From NCBI GenBank assembly GCA_032718475.1, contig JAUCBJ010006667.1, forward strand, positions 1-64,000: a DNA stretch of 64,000 bases, in the 5' to 3' direction. The notes beneath the pieces are model-generated. The model made no database searches, had not been told where the DNA came from, and saw only the letters and a program-made list of their open reading frames with translations. The number at the start of each line of letters is the position of its first letter. The first letter of the stretch is position 1. This DNA is from Nemertoderma westbladi. Its lineage: Eukaryota > Animalia > Xenacoelomorpha. Shown piece by piece: positions 24,372-36,892 of the stretch. A program made the translations under genes and the position numbers.

Positions 24372-25871
24372 ATGGCAAACTTTACTAACTCAGAAACGTC
24401 GTGCGAGGGGTTCGAATCGACTTGGAAGAAATCTCGAGATATGAGGGAGGGCTATTCCCAGACGAGCGAAGTTCTGACCGACGAGCAGGAAACGCAATCG
24501 CAATCTAAGATCGATTCCGGTCTGCAAACAGACGTGTCGAATGAATTGGAAGTCCGACTGGACGCGCCGGACACCCCGGAATTAGCGGAATTCCTCGCTA
24601 AACTGGAACCGCTAGTCTACAAGGAGTTGGAACAGAACGCGAGGAGTCGAGCCTTCGACGGATATTCGGCGGACTGGACGGAATGCGACGCCAATATTAG
24701 TTGCCGACACTCGTTGTGTCAGCAAGGGATGCTGAACGAGAGTCACGTGACCGCTGTTAATTACAACTCCACTGGGTCGGTGGTTGCCGTGGCGTACGGA
24801 CGGCAGGACCATGCTGATTGGTGCGCCCATCGCGGTGTCGTGGCGACCTGGAACACGGAGCGCGGCGGGATGAAGTCGGGACGCGCGGACAACGCGTTGG
24901 AGTTGGCGAGTTGCGTGACGTCGGTCGCCTTCCACCCGGACCTGCCGGGACGACTAGCCGCGGGTTGCTACGCCGGGGAGGTGGTCGTCTGGGACGTCGG
25001 GGAGGGTAGCGAGTACCGTGGCGACCCGCAGGGGGCGTCCCACAGGGAGCCGGTCACCGGCGTCGTCTGGCTGCGGGAACAGCGCGGGAGGAAGCTGCTG
25101 TCGGCCAGTTCCGACGGGAAACTCATCCAGTGGAACCTGAACCTCCGTAAACGGCGACTCGACGCGGAGACGGTGTTCCTGGTGCCCGCGCGCCCGGGCG
25201 CCCAGGTACGCGGGCGTCCGGGCGATCTGGTCGCGTCGTCCCAGCGATCCGGCTCCGAGTCCGGGGTTACTGCGATCGCGTTCTCTTCCGAGGATCCGAC
25301 GCAGTTCGTTGTCGGAACCGAATCCGGTTCGGTGTTTAAATGCTCCATCGAGGCGACAGTCCCGGCGGTCTCCAACCTCCCAGACGGCGGCGACTTTATT
25401 TCCCCGGTTACTTTATCCTACGAGCCGCACCGGGGTCCCGTCTATGGCGCGGATTGGTCCGGTTTCCATAGGAACGCGGTTCTAACCTGCAGTACCGACG
25501 GCTCCGTTCGGCTCTACAACTCGCTGCAGATCGCCCCTGTGTTGGTGGTGGAGCCGGGCGCAGGATACCTCTACGGGGTCCGGTGGTCCCCCACGCGACC
25601 CCTAGTTGTCGCCATAGCGACCGGGGACGGTAGACTGCTGCTCTACGATCTGCTGGCCAATAGGATCGCCCCCTCGGAGACCCTGGAGGTCAGCGAGAGC
25701 GGGCGGCCGGTCTACTGCGTGGTCTACAACCCTAGGAGTCGGTCTAGCGTTGCCACCGGCGACGCTCACGGTATCGCCAAGATCTGGCGACTCGGTGAGG
25801 AACTCGTCGGCCAGCAGCCCAAGGAGTTCGAGGTTCTCGCAAAGATGGTTAACATCGGCGGCACGGAATAA
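24372..25871 (+). CDS. WDR34: Cytoplasmic dynein-2 intermediate chain WDR34 (DYNC2I2), intronless CDS
   Basis: 499-aa WD40 ORF with NARSRAFDGY, NSTGSVVAVAYGR.DH.DWC.H, FVVGTE.G.V.KC, PHRGPVY...WS.FHRN and VRWSPTRPLV. Confidence 0.92.
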   Translation: MANFTNSETSCEGFESTWKKSRDMREGYSQTSEVLTDEQETQSQSKIDSGLQTDVSNELEVRLDAPDTPELAEFLAKLEPLVYKELEQNARSRAFDGYSADWTECDANISCRHSLCQQGMLNESHVTAVNYNSTGSVVAVAYGRQDHADWCAHRGVVATWNTERGGMKSGRADNALELASCVTSVAFHPDLPGRLAAGCYAGEVVVWDVGEGSEYRGDPQGASHREPVTGVVWLREQRGRKLLSASSDGKLIQWNLNLRKRRLDAETVFLVPARPGAQVRGRPGDLVASSQRSGSESGVTAIAFSSEDPTQFVVGTESGSVFKCSIEATVPAVSNLPDGGDFISPVTLSYEPHRGPVYGADWSGFHRNAVLTCSTDGSVRLYNSLQIAPVLVVEPGAGYLYGVRWSPTRPLVVAIATGDGRLLLYDLLANRIAPSETLEVSESGRPVYCVVYNPRSRSSVATGDAHGIAKIWRLGEELVGQQPKEFEVLAKMVNIGGTE

Positions 25872-26789
25872 TAGCAATGAGTGGCGGCTGGAACTGTTAG
25901 CTGAATAGTCGAGTCGAGATAGTGAGAGACCCGGGGGAATTAGTTTCATTTTACTTTCACACATCCGGTCAGATGTCATCCATATAATCCGGAGTAATCT
26001 GGTCCCTAAAAAATATAGAAATTGTACAGAAATCCGTGTGTTACATGTCGTTTACATCTGGGAATAATAAGAATCGAATTAGTAATGTTCTAGAATAAAT
26101 AAATTAATGTAATATAAACGCCGGTTTACATGGAGCAACATGATCGTCAACCTGAGTTTCTCACCAAGTTGCCACATGTAACGGGTGTAAAGTAAACCCA
26201 TTATATCTACCTCTCCGCGGCCTATCTTATTAACTCGACTAAAAGGGTTGTATTTTGTAAATATTCGAGTTTTTACTCCACGTTTTGTACATATTATTTG
26301 TATATTATTGTTGTGTTGCAATTGATTCCATTAAGTGCATCGCACCTTAACCATTTGGGTTTCTGACAAGTAGATTAAGCTGCATAACTAACTGGTTATT
26401 CGGTTACTTTCGATCTAATTCGGCCCATTTCATATACCGGTATCAGTTAACTATTAATTATTGATTACATACGGAAAACGTTAACAATCAGCCGTCTTTG
26501 TTTACAGAATGTAACGCCCCCGTCTCCACCTTTACAGAAACTGTCTCCCATAGCCCACTCTCATATTTCTATACCAGCTATCGCATTGGTATACCAGCTC
26601 TAGCTCTCGCATTGGTCCATCCATATACACTGTGACCCGTAATATAGTGTCATTTTCTGATTCAGAACATTTTGTTTATGTATGAATAGCTACCTACGCA
26701 ATAGAGATATTGCATTCGCGTACAGTTGTTGCCCGCCTATTCATGAGTTAAATAATACGTTCCAGAACGTTGTATATTTATTATAATCA

Positions 26790-26863
26790 GGTCAGATTGT
26801 CCAAGTGGTTATAGCGTCGGTCTCCCAACCGGAAGGTTGTGAGTTCGAGCCCCGGAGAAGGCA
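26790..26863 (+). pseudogene. tRNA-derived SINE head or tRNA pseudogene
   Basis: A box TGTCCAAGTGG, arm with CCC loop, B box GAGTTCGAGCC. No acceptor stem. Confidence 0.55.
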
Positions 26864-26871
26864 CAGCCCAG

Positions 26872-28335
26872 TTTTCGTTAAGCCGTGGGGCGAGCCACGA
26901 AGTAAAGGCGACCCTTAGCGCACAATTATAATTAGTAAATAGGCAAACATTTCATGTCCGTCTGTCTGGCGGTAATGAGAAATTCGTTTGTAAATAACTT
27001 TTGAATATTTTAACCATTTTCAACCAAATTTTGTATGGGCATAATAGAGAAAAAGTTCAAACTTGACCTACTATAGATACGACCCGCCAAGCTGCTGCAA
27101 AGCCCCAAAATTTAGTGGGCCAGTTATTTCCCTTAGATAGAACCCCTGAAACAATATGTCTAGCGCGTCGAAAGTACTTGTCCCTACCTAAAATTATGTC
27201 CTCTTTCAGATGAGACAAATAAAAATTTAATAGCTCCAGTAGTATTAGAGATATGATGAGTTCCTGGCACCTATACCATATCAACACCTTTCTGGATTGA
27301 TAAAATTACACAAAATACATCACCTTTCAAAGACTTTGGCATAACCATGAAACCATAATATGCTTTTTTGATTTTTTGAATTCATTATAGTAATCGAAAG
27401 CAAGATTTGAAGCAAAATTTTAATTTTTTTATCAATAGATACTAAAAGAGCAACAAAAGTGCAAGTAGCACTTTTCTCAAACGTGGTAAATTGGCCGTAA
27501 AGTTTGGATACTGAGGTTTTCGAATGTGCTGATTTCATTGGGAAGGTTTATTCCTCTACCTACATCAAACATATCAAAGAGTTGTGTAATATAACAAAAT
27601 AGGCATGTTGTTATATTAGTTATTAGTCAGTTATTTGTGCCCCTGGAGCACGAAAAAACAAGTAGTGGAAATATGATAATGAAACTCACCACGAAAACAA
27701 ATTGATTTTATGACCATGTAGGTTTTTTGGGATGCTGATAATGAATATGACACTGAAAAATATCGTATTATCCAACCAAATTTGATTTTTGCCGTTTGAA
27801 ATTTTATGCTAATTGTATTTTTCGTCCCACAAGACAAACGCCAAAACGATAGTTGCGTTACCACGAATTATTTTAACGAGTCGTATCGTTATCAGCGGCT
27901 TTGAAAACCAGTATAGCTTCAGAATTACCAATAACAGTTTTTAACAGTTTGAAATTTTAGCTACTTGTACTTTTCGTTCTGGGGCACCAGACCAGCATGG
28001 CACCAAAATTGGGTTTGCACATACCAGAAATATTTATAACTACAGTACTTTCATCGTGATCAGCGACCTCGAAAACCCATATATACAGTACGTTCAGAGT
28101 TATCAAACCAAACACAAAATGTTTAATTTGACATTTTTTTACTTGTACTTTTCGTCCTGGGGGCCAAAATAGCACCAAACATGATTGATGCATTGCCAGA
28201 AAATTTTTACAAATTTAACAAATATTTATTAACTAATATTATTATCGTGATCAGCGACCTCGAAATCCCGTATACCATCAAAATTGTAATTTTTGAGCCA
28301 AGATCTAAAAAAATTTCTAAAGTAAACCACCCCAA
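26872..28335 (+). mobile_element. Helentron/DINE-like non-autonomous repeat
   Basis: 5' hairpin GTGGGGCGAGCCAC (related copies at about 800, 18860 reversed and 28915), GTCCGTCTGTCTG microsatellite, and duplicated CAGCGACCTCGAAA core blocks. Confidence 0.45.
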
Positions 28336-28702
28336 TCAAGTACTATAGTAATATAGCCCGGACCAGATAGCAGATAGGGTTAAACGTGGTAGTAACTGAA
28401 TATGAATCTCTTAATTCCGCACCAAACACATAGTAGAGTAGAGTAAAATAAAGTATCAGTTCATCAAATCATTAAACGTCAATATATTCCAGGTCTAATT
28501 AAGTGTCTCTGTAACCCAAGCGCGCGAGCGGCATCTATACACAGACTTTCCAACTACAGTATAACTGCTACGTCCTGCATACAGATTCAGATACTATGTC
28601 CAGACCAAGATCCAGGCTCCCGACTGCCCGAGGCGCCGTGGCTACCAGACCGTGTAGAGGTGATAATAAATAGCCAAATAAAAACAGGTACGGACGTAAT
28701 TA

Positions 28703-29625
28703 GGTAAGATTCCCCGTACTTAGTTCCAATTTAAGCCTCATGCGAATTTAGTTCCAATGGAAACTAATTTAGTTCCAATTTTGGCGAATTTGGTTCCAAT
28801 TTGGGCGAACTTAGTTCCAATGCAAGCGAATTTAGTTCCAATGGAAGCGAATTTAGTTTCAATGGAAGCGAATTTAGTTCCAATGGAAGCGAATTTAGTT
28901 CTAATGTTTCAGGTGTGGGGCGAGCCACGTAGTTGGCGAAGAAAGTGTTTAATAACACTATTAGGTGGATGGTTAAATAATAATTGTAAATAACAACCCA
29001 AACTACGCCCAACCTCCTAACCAAAACAACCTTATCCCAAACAACGCCCAACCTCTTAACCCAAACAATTCAATTAAATTCATTTATATTTAATCATTTA
29101 AAATGATACTCATTGTAAAAAACAACGCCCAAGCTCTTAACCCAAATTACGCCCAACCTCCTAACCCAAACAACGCTCATCCCCTAAACCGAAACAACTG
29201 GTAATAATATTGTATTATGTGTGAAAATGGCACAATGTGCATGACTTGAGTATATAATACTACAGACTTAGTCACTCAGTATCAGTATGCTCTCCATTAA
29301 TATATATTTCAAAGTGTGTAATTATACATTTAATTCATTAACAACTTTTACGTTTACGTTTTACTTTTACAATTATTTGCAATTATTGTTGACCCTGACC
29401 CACCCCAAATAGTGGCAATACGCAATAGGCTTCGCCTATTACGTGGCTATCCCCACGATTGAAACATTGGTACTAAATTCGTACCCATTGGAACTAAATT
29501 CGCTTCCATTGGAACTAAGTTCGTACCCATTGGAACTAAATTCGCATGCATTGGAACTAAATTCGCATCCATTGGAACTAAATTCGCCTTTGAAAATGTG
29601 CGATTGGAACTAAGTTCGTGCTACC
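28703..29625. mobile_element. MITE with subterminal 21-bp tandem arrays in inverted orientation
   Basis: GCGAATTTAGTTCCAATGGAA repeats on the left and their reverse complement on the right. Ends GGTA.../...TACC are flanked by ATTA on both sides (possible 4-bp TSD). Confidence 0.7.
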
Positions 29626-30055
29626 ATTAGGTAATATAATAATGATAAGGCATTGATGCCTAACGCAGTAGTCAAGTCAGGTAGTGCAGTGCAATGCACA
29701 TACTGAATAATTCACTACATTACTGGATCAGTACCAGAGTACTGCAGTACTGAAATAGACGAAGTGCACTGGCTGGCACTTAGAATTTTCGGCTGTCAAA
29801 TTGGCCATTTTTGTAAATACCACAATTTTATAAACCGGTCGTTAAAAACGGGTCGATTGGGATTTGCGTCGAGTTTCCCCCCCTGTCTCTGAGTTTGATA
29901 CAAATTAATTATGTATTGCATGATAAATAATGTAGAACATTATCTTCACAATACTCGACATATTTTATTTACCGAGCGTAGCGACGTTGCAGTATCAATA
30001 ATGTAACATAGATTGTGTGTAGGCCTGGCCTACTTGTGTAGGCCTACACATTAAT

Positions 30056-30439
30056 TAGTGTTTAAACGGGATCAGACTTTTCGGGATTTCCGGGATCGTC
30101 ATTATCACTGACGGGATCGGGATTGCAATTTTGTATTAAATTTTCTTAAAGTTCATACTATATGTGGCGGGTTTTGGGTAACACTCTCTTTATCTTACAC
30201 TGCTGCAATATTAGTAAGATAAAGTTATATTAAAATTATCTTACAAGTGATTACTGGATGGTTTACTGACATATAAATTCGATATAATCAAAACATTTCC
30301 GTTCTGCAGGAAATATTTATCGCCTATTCATAAAATTTACTTCACTTGTTATACTTCGGGATCCCGGTCCAAAAACCAAGGGGACCGGGATTGCATTTTT
30401 CACCGGGATCCCGGTTTTAAGGGGTCCGTTTAAACACTA
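30056..30439. mobile_element. hAT-like MITE
   Basis: TIR TAGTGTTTAAACGG / CCGTTTAAACACTA and subterminal CGGGAT repeats. TSD not recognisable. Confidence 0.6.
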
Positions 30440-30707
30440 ACTGCACATACAAGTAAGTGTTAGAAAAATTACCGTGTTTGTTGCAAAGATTACACTATTG
30501 GAGACGGGGCCAGTTCTTGGGTCTCTCTGCATAAGTAGTAAAGGGCTCATCATACACCATGTTCTGGAATATAGTGTGGTAATTCAGTGACATGCCCCCA
30601 CCACAAAATCTTTCCACAAATCTTTATGAAATTACATAAAATTTGGAAGAGTTAATTTGCCCTTCCTCCTCCATAGATGGAATTTTTTTTTCCATCTTTA
30701 ACTACAG

Positions 30708-30745
30708 CATGGAATGCTATATAGATCTCTATATAGCATTCCATG
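30708..30745. mobile_element. 38-bp palindromic transposon remnant (P-superfamily-like footprint)
   Basis: 18-bp perfect arms CATGGAATGCTATATAGA separated by TC, flanked by a 7-bp direct repeat ACTACAG. Confidence 0.6.
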
Positions 30746-31149
30746 ACTACAGTCATCTTTATTCAATATAATAAATGGCCTACAGCGGAAGCAAATACAT
30801 GCAACATTTGATTGCCAATTTCTCAGCTATTTCGAAACCAAATTCAAATGTTTGTCGCGGTTAACTAGATTATAGATAATTTTACAACGGTAAAATTTGG
30901 ACAAAAATTACTTGGAGGACGAACTACCCAAACGAAGTGCTGAAACGTGTGAAACTGAGTTTTATGATGTACGTGTTGATAGTGAGTTAATGAAACCCAC
31001 AAGCGACCGATAAAATAAAATCATTAATTTAATTCCAATGTAATGGAAATATATTATTACTTTATATTAATAATTCCACAGGATTATTAAACTACCTGGT
31101 ACAGATAAACTGAGTTCAACCCCCAGCAACCCCGCCAGTTCTACCGAGA

Positions 31150-31755
31150 TCACCGTTTCCCCTTCTTCTTCTTTCCCCGGACGGGTTTCCCTCGCGTTGT
31201 TTTCTTCTTTGGGGGCAGAATAATTCCGTCGTATTTCGTCTGGAACCATTTCATTGAGTCGTCTTTCACCACCTTCTGATGCAGACCAACGCGGCTCTTG
31301 GTATGCCGTCGCTTGGCAACCCGGAACCCGGCCCGACCCATTACAACGTAGAAGTCGAGACCGTAAATCCCGATCGAGGGGTCGTACTTCAGTCCGAGAT
31401 CGATGTGCTCCTGAACACCAAACCCGAAGTGTCCGGTGTCCGAGAAGTTATCCTTCCGGAGCTCGTACTCACGGACTTTCAACCCTTTCTCGAGAATTTC
31501 CTCCGCTTTCGCGCCCCGTACTGTGCAATGTACGGCGATTTTCTCGTTTCTACGGATACCGAAGGATCGTATCGTGTATCTCGCCTTAGAGAACACCGGC
31601 GCTTGTCCCGTTAGCTGCTCCAACACTTTCGCCGCCCGAGTCAGCCGATCTCCGCTCTCCCCAACACAAATATTTAGACAGAGTTTCTGGATTTTCAGAT
31701 CGCGCATCGGATTTTCTTTTTTAGTTTGTTCCGCAGTTGCGGGTGTGGCGGCCAT
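31150..31755 (-). CDS. RPL11: 60S ribosomal protein L11 (uL5), intronless CDS with basic C-terminal extension
   Basis: [56 protein letters not shown] and [24 protein letters not shown]. Confidence 0.97.
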   Translation of the reverse strand: MAATPATAEQTKKENPMRDLKIQKLCLNICVGESGDRLTRAAKVLEQLTGQAPVFSKARYTIRSFGIRRNEKIAVHCTVRGAKAEEILEKGLKVREYELRKDNFSDTGHFGFGVQEHIDLGLKYDPSIGIYGLDFYVVMGRAGFRVAKRRHTKSRVGLHQKVVKDDSMKWFQTKYDGIILPPKKKTTRGKPVRGKKKKGKR

Positions 31756-32200
31756 CTTTATGTACTTCTACAGTACTGCAGTAGTTAGTGCAGCAGTGCT
31801 GTTTATTCAGGTAGCAGGTTAGTAAAGTCGCGTCCTAAATTAATGTAGGCCTATTCAACACTCAACACACTGCTACACTCTGGCTGTTTGGTGTATATGG
31901 TATAATTCAGTAATACAGTAATTAATAGCAGAATATCTCAAATTACTGAATTAACCGAGAACCGGTACAGGGTAAACTAACTAAACTAAACTGTCTGACT
32001 GTGCTACTGAACACACAAAGTGCAAAGCTGGGGGGGGGCCTCCCATATGCAAATCCATGTACAGTCTGAATCTGTAACTGCAAGTTAGTAGTAAATGTGG
32101 CTGGCCACGAGAAAAGGGACCTTATGTCACCGGAGGTCGATTTTGAGTTATTAGGCCTATGAGATGCAGAATTTTCCATAGATTCTAACAACAAAAAAAC

Positions 32201-33126
32201 GGGTAAATCTTTTCGAACTACGCGTAGGCCTACGCGTAGCTACGCGTAGCTACGCGTAGTTCGCAACATTGGGTCATATATCACCAGTTTCAGAGTTTTA
32301 ACATTAACTACGCGTAGGTGCTACGCGTAGGTCCTACGCGTAGCTACGCGTAGGTCCTACGCGACCTACGCGTAGGTGCTACGTATAACTACGCGTAAGT
32401 GCTACCCATAACTATGCGCATACGTCGTTTATCATTAGTAGGCCTAGGCCTACGTATTCCAAGCGAGTCAGTACTAAAATAAGACAATACGGTATGTTCA
32501 ATAAACAACCCACAACCATCAAAATGCTTTCAACAGTAATGTATCCTATACCTGTATACTCGTAGTGGCATACGCTAAGACTACATATTCTTCACTTCAT
32601 GCGTTGCGGGCGCTAACATGTGTTAATAATGTTTAGAGTTCAAAAATAGTTTACAAAGGAAATAGGCCGATGGTTCTTATCGATTCTCTATGCTTTTTAT
32701 TGCCTTTGTTCACGATAGGGCAAGGATATAAGAGCCGAATATTATTTATTACCAGTGCTGTATGTAGAGATATGATTTTCCGATTCTGTTATTCCATTTG
32801 TCTGATAATCAGATACCTGACATACCGATACTTGCCTAACAACTCAACCCTACCGGACCTGAAATGAAAAATCATTGTGATCAGGACTGCTACGCGTAGC
32901 ACCTACGCGTAGCTACGCGTAGCACCTACGCGTAGTTTCAAAATACCTACGCGTAGTTCCAAAATAACTACGCGTAGTTTTAAAACACCTACGCGTAGTT
33001 GATAAAAAGACAGTAAGTCTGGCCCTACCGGTAAATGACAGGAATGGAAGTTACAAACTACGCGTAGCTACGCGTAGCTACGCGTAGCTACGCGTAGGCC
33101 TACGCGTAGGTCGAAAAGATTTACCC
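32201..33126. mobile_element. Mutator-like MITE with CTACGCGTAG palindrome arrays
   Basis: TIR GGGTAAATCTTTTCGA / TCGAAAAGATTTACCC with a perfect 9-bp TSD CAAAAAAAC. Confidence 0.85.
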
Positions 33127-34861
33127 CAAAAAAACGGTGTCTCAATATCTATTTCCAAAAATAACGTTATCGCGATTTATGTGAAGGTGAATCGGGTAGC
33201 TCTTTTCAAAATAATTTTGTTACTAAAAAAAATGGAAAATTTGATTATTACAGCTACCTATTTAAAAATAGGTAGCTGTAATAATTTATTAATTCTGTTT
33301 ACATTCAGTTGATTATTGACAATGTGGGCCCTAGCCCTTGAAATATATTTATTTTATTATATTATAACAAGTTTAATAAAACTTAATTCTTATTTATAAT
33401 TTTTTATGTTTTTTTTTATAACAATTTTTCACACACAATGCATGCAATACCGGTAACAAGAATAAAGATAACTTTTTTTCAAATTCAATATTTAGTTATT
33501 TTTATTATTATTATTATTCATATTAATTTATAATATAATTGAATATCGAAGCACAAGCAAGGCGTACTATATACTGTACAAGGCCATGCCATCGAGTTAA
33601 CTGGGGGCGGTGACTGGGGGCAAGATTTTATTTACAACAATTTGATGTTTTGATATGGGGAGAGTTCTATAAATTTTCATTTGCTGCAATTTGGTCAATG
33701 GACGTAATTGAAGCATCCTCATTATGTAAGATACAAAATTTTATGGTAGCTAGTGTTTTAGGTAGGTTTAGCTAGTAATTTCGACACCTTTAACATCCTT
33801 CTATATAGTACGCCTTGAGCACAAGATGATTAGGCCCTACAGTTATGTTGTGTTACATGGGATCCAAGTCGTACTCTACAGTTTCTATGCTGTCTCGTCA
33901 GCACTCATCGGGGAAGAAAAAAGATAACTAAATATTTTTAAGTATAGTTAATGGGTTAAATTATGCGTGAATGGTGGCTGACACAGGAAATCCTATTATT
34001 TCAACTATCATACACATACAAACATAAACACACTACGACTACGTTACAACTAATTAGAAATACTGTATATTATTAGGAAAATGTAAGTACTGTACTAAGA
34101 AAAAATGTAGGCTTAATAGTTGATTGGGCAATAAAATAAAACAAAGTATCAGTTTTATTAATTAGGGTTGAGAATGTAACTTTTTAACCTACTTTTAAAA
34201 CTACCTACTGTATACTAATTGACTGGCGCACTGTAAGGGGTAAACTGTTCCATATTATTGGCGAGACGGAGTAAATACAGTAGATACAATTATGAAACCG
34301 AAAGCAATTTTGGGATTGGGCGTTTCTGGTTTGATGTTGCTGTATAGATGAAAGCGGTGAGAGGAGGCAGGGAAATAAACCAAAGGGGAAGTAAACCATT
34401 GACATACTGTACTTGTAGCAGATCAACGAAATTTGAAATATAAAGATATTACAGTACCTATCGATAATGGTGCAAATGAAGGGTCACGTCGATTAATAAT
34501 ATTTTTGACTTTTTTTTGTTGCTTCTATGCAAACTTGTAATTCTTGTAATTTATAATTAAGGGGTATGGTAAACGCTACAGTACGTTCATTGTTTTGGTT
34601 CCTTATTTCAATCCATCTCTGTAGTGGCGCAGCCAAGGGGGGGGGGGGGGGGGGGGTGGAGGGCTTTTCAGGTAGGGGGGATAGCGGACAGGACATCCAC
34701 ATCATATCATATCTCCCCCACCCCCCCCCCCCCCCCCGGCACTTTTTATATTTGACAATTCAGGCATATAATTTTATCTTAGTAATTTCAGGTAACTCCT
34801 AACTCAGCTATAGGAGCTGAATTACCATAGGGCCTATCATTGTTAATTCGTAATACGAAAA

Positions 34862-34958
34862 TTATGGGGCGCCGTTGGTGCCAAAGGTTAATGAGATCTC
34901 GGCCCAGATCTCGGACCGAGAATTTTCAATGGCTTTTGGCACAAACGGCGTCCCATAG
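34862..34958. repeat. Small foldback element (about 95 bp)
   Basis: TATGGGGCGCCGTTGGTGCCAAA / TTTGGCACAAACGGCGTCCCATA inverted arms. Confidence 0.55.
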
Positions 34959-36010
34959 AAAATCCCGATAAGGGATTTTCGTGTCAATAAGTTTCCGTCT
35001 CCTTGTCTCAAACATTGGGAGTTAGTGTGGCGACCTCACCGCCTTAGATATAATAGCAAAGAGAAAGAGCCTTCTGATACGACATGTCCTGGAATTTAGT
35101 ATCTTCAGTAACCCCCCCCCCCCCCACACACACACACATACACCCCAATTTAGACGTATCTTAATGAAATTTGATGAAATTTGAAACAGGACGTAGTTTT
35201 CACCTCCCGCCCACTTACTGGCTGAAGGAATGGTTACGGAATACGGCAACTGCAATTCTGCACGACTGGCGCAAATATCGACGGAGACACCGTTCTCAAA
35301 GGCTATACAGCGAATATAAATAATTCTGAAATACCTGAATAAAGCAAGGCAATGCATTCAGGAACATGGTGTGTACAGTATTTCGAAGATAATCGATCGC
35401 TATGCAGGACTTATATTTTTTGGTCGTCCCCACACTTTCGGGAACGTGGCTCTGGCCCCCTGCATCTCCGTAACCTGCTACTTTAATAACCACCTTATAA
35501 GTAGGTGTAGGCATAGCGTTACCCCATTATTAATAAAATTGCATTTTATATATCACCGGCGTCCCAGGCATATCTGAATAGAATACATAATAACGAATAC
35601 CATTAATGCACTGGCTGCTCATATAGACACTGTCTTGGTATATGTGCTAGGAAGCGTGCCTGGGGGGTGTGCGCTGAGCACACTGTTAACATTTTTTGGT
35701 CTCTCTGTGCTGTACACGCAGTGGTGTAGCTCGGATGGTGTAGCAGGTAGCTCAGGTAAATTGGCATTCAGTAAGTGCACGTGATTTCATGCTTATCTAA
35801 TTATATCTAAAATATAAAATTTTATACTCCACAATGATTTATTAGAAATGATTATTCCGAATATAAAGTAATAATGGAATATTTTAGTTAAAATAAAATA
35901 GGAAAAAAATAAATATATTATTATAATAGTTGTTATTGAAGAAATCATACAGACTTACTATTATGTATGTAAAGATGGGTTTATAAATGAACATGCATTT
36001 AAATGAACGT

Positions 36011-36032
36011 AAGACCATACTTTTAGGGATCA
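36011..36032 (+). ncRNA. U3: U3 snoRNA gene, 5' part (GAC box, Box A', start of Box A), interrupted by an LTR element
   Basis: AAGACCATACTTTTAGGGATCA closely matches the known metazoan U3 5' end (human AAGACTATACTTTCAGGGATCA) and continues at 47446. Confidence 0.85.
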
Positions 36033-36576
36033 TGTGACCGTAGCCCAGCCATCCCGGCCATAAGAACCATTATATGGGTAGGGGCTTCAATTTCCAATAT
36101 TCCCTCATCTCTCTTTCGTCCCCATTTAACTACCCACAATACCAATAGTTCTACCATTTCGGCCGCTTCACCTATTACAGCATTGGCACCGGCCCTTACA
36201 GTAGGTGTAGCGTAGCCATGGTATTACTGTGTCATGATTGGGTGCTATTTATAGGTGTATATCATACCGCGCTCTGTGAGTGGCTGTTGTCTCCCATTCG
36301 CTAACGGTTCTACTGCCAGAACCTATAAGGCAGGGCGTTTCTCAACCTCTGCATTATTCCTTCTGCAGTGTACCTGACAGCGTGCCATTGCTTCTACCGT
36401 AGTTTCTGCCTTTTCAGACATTCAACAACAGTCACTCACAGACCGGCCCATAAAACTCACTTGTGCATAACAACATTATTCTAAGATCTATTCAACTTTA
36501 TTATCATGGGTTCGGGAAGGGCGGGAGCTACGCGTTATTAGCGGCTCACAGGTTCATCAGCCAGCAGTGGGGAATA
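36033..36576 (+). repeat. 5' LTR (shared portion) of BEL element 1
   Basis: Starts TGTGACC. Identity with the 3' copy ends at GGAATA. Confidence 0.9.
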
Positions 36577-36892
36577 AAAGTAGAAGCATTGTCCGGATAG
36601 GGCTGCTAAAAACTGCTTCTTCAACATCTCTAGGCACCCAGCTAGGTAAAAGTAAAAGGAGCGATCAACGACAGAACTGTAAGTGCGTACCGGTCCGGTC
36701 ACCAGTAATTACGGTAAAAAAAAAACGTTGTCGTTGTAGTAGGGTAGGCCTACGATCTGTTGCCTAGCCCTACGGCAGTACGCGGTCAGCAATTACAACA
36801 GCTTACAGCCAGCATACCGGTCACCGGTGCGGTACCCTGCCCAACGCCTCCGCGCTAAGTACCTACGCTAGCTACGCTGTCCCGCAGCGATA

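Noticed and set aside
23858-26863. The two tRNA-like sequences as functional tRNA genes
   Set aside because: Acceptor stems do not pair and both lie in or next to repeats.
28757-29051. ANLVPME-repeat ORFs
   Set aside because: Translation of the 21-bp subterminal repeats of a MITE.
31150-31755. RPL11 as a processed pseudogene
   Set aside because: ORF intact, no poly(A) remnant or TSD, and neighbouring genes are intronless as well.
36540-36580. CTGATGA on the minus strand of the LTR as a hammerhead ribozyme core
   Set aside because: No stem II followed by GAAA and no suitable cleavage triplet arrangement found.
36651-36659. AGTAAAAGG complementary to U5 snRNA loop I as a primer site
   Set aside because: Only 9 nt, low complexity, and not adjacent to a defined LTR end.
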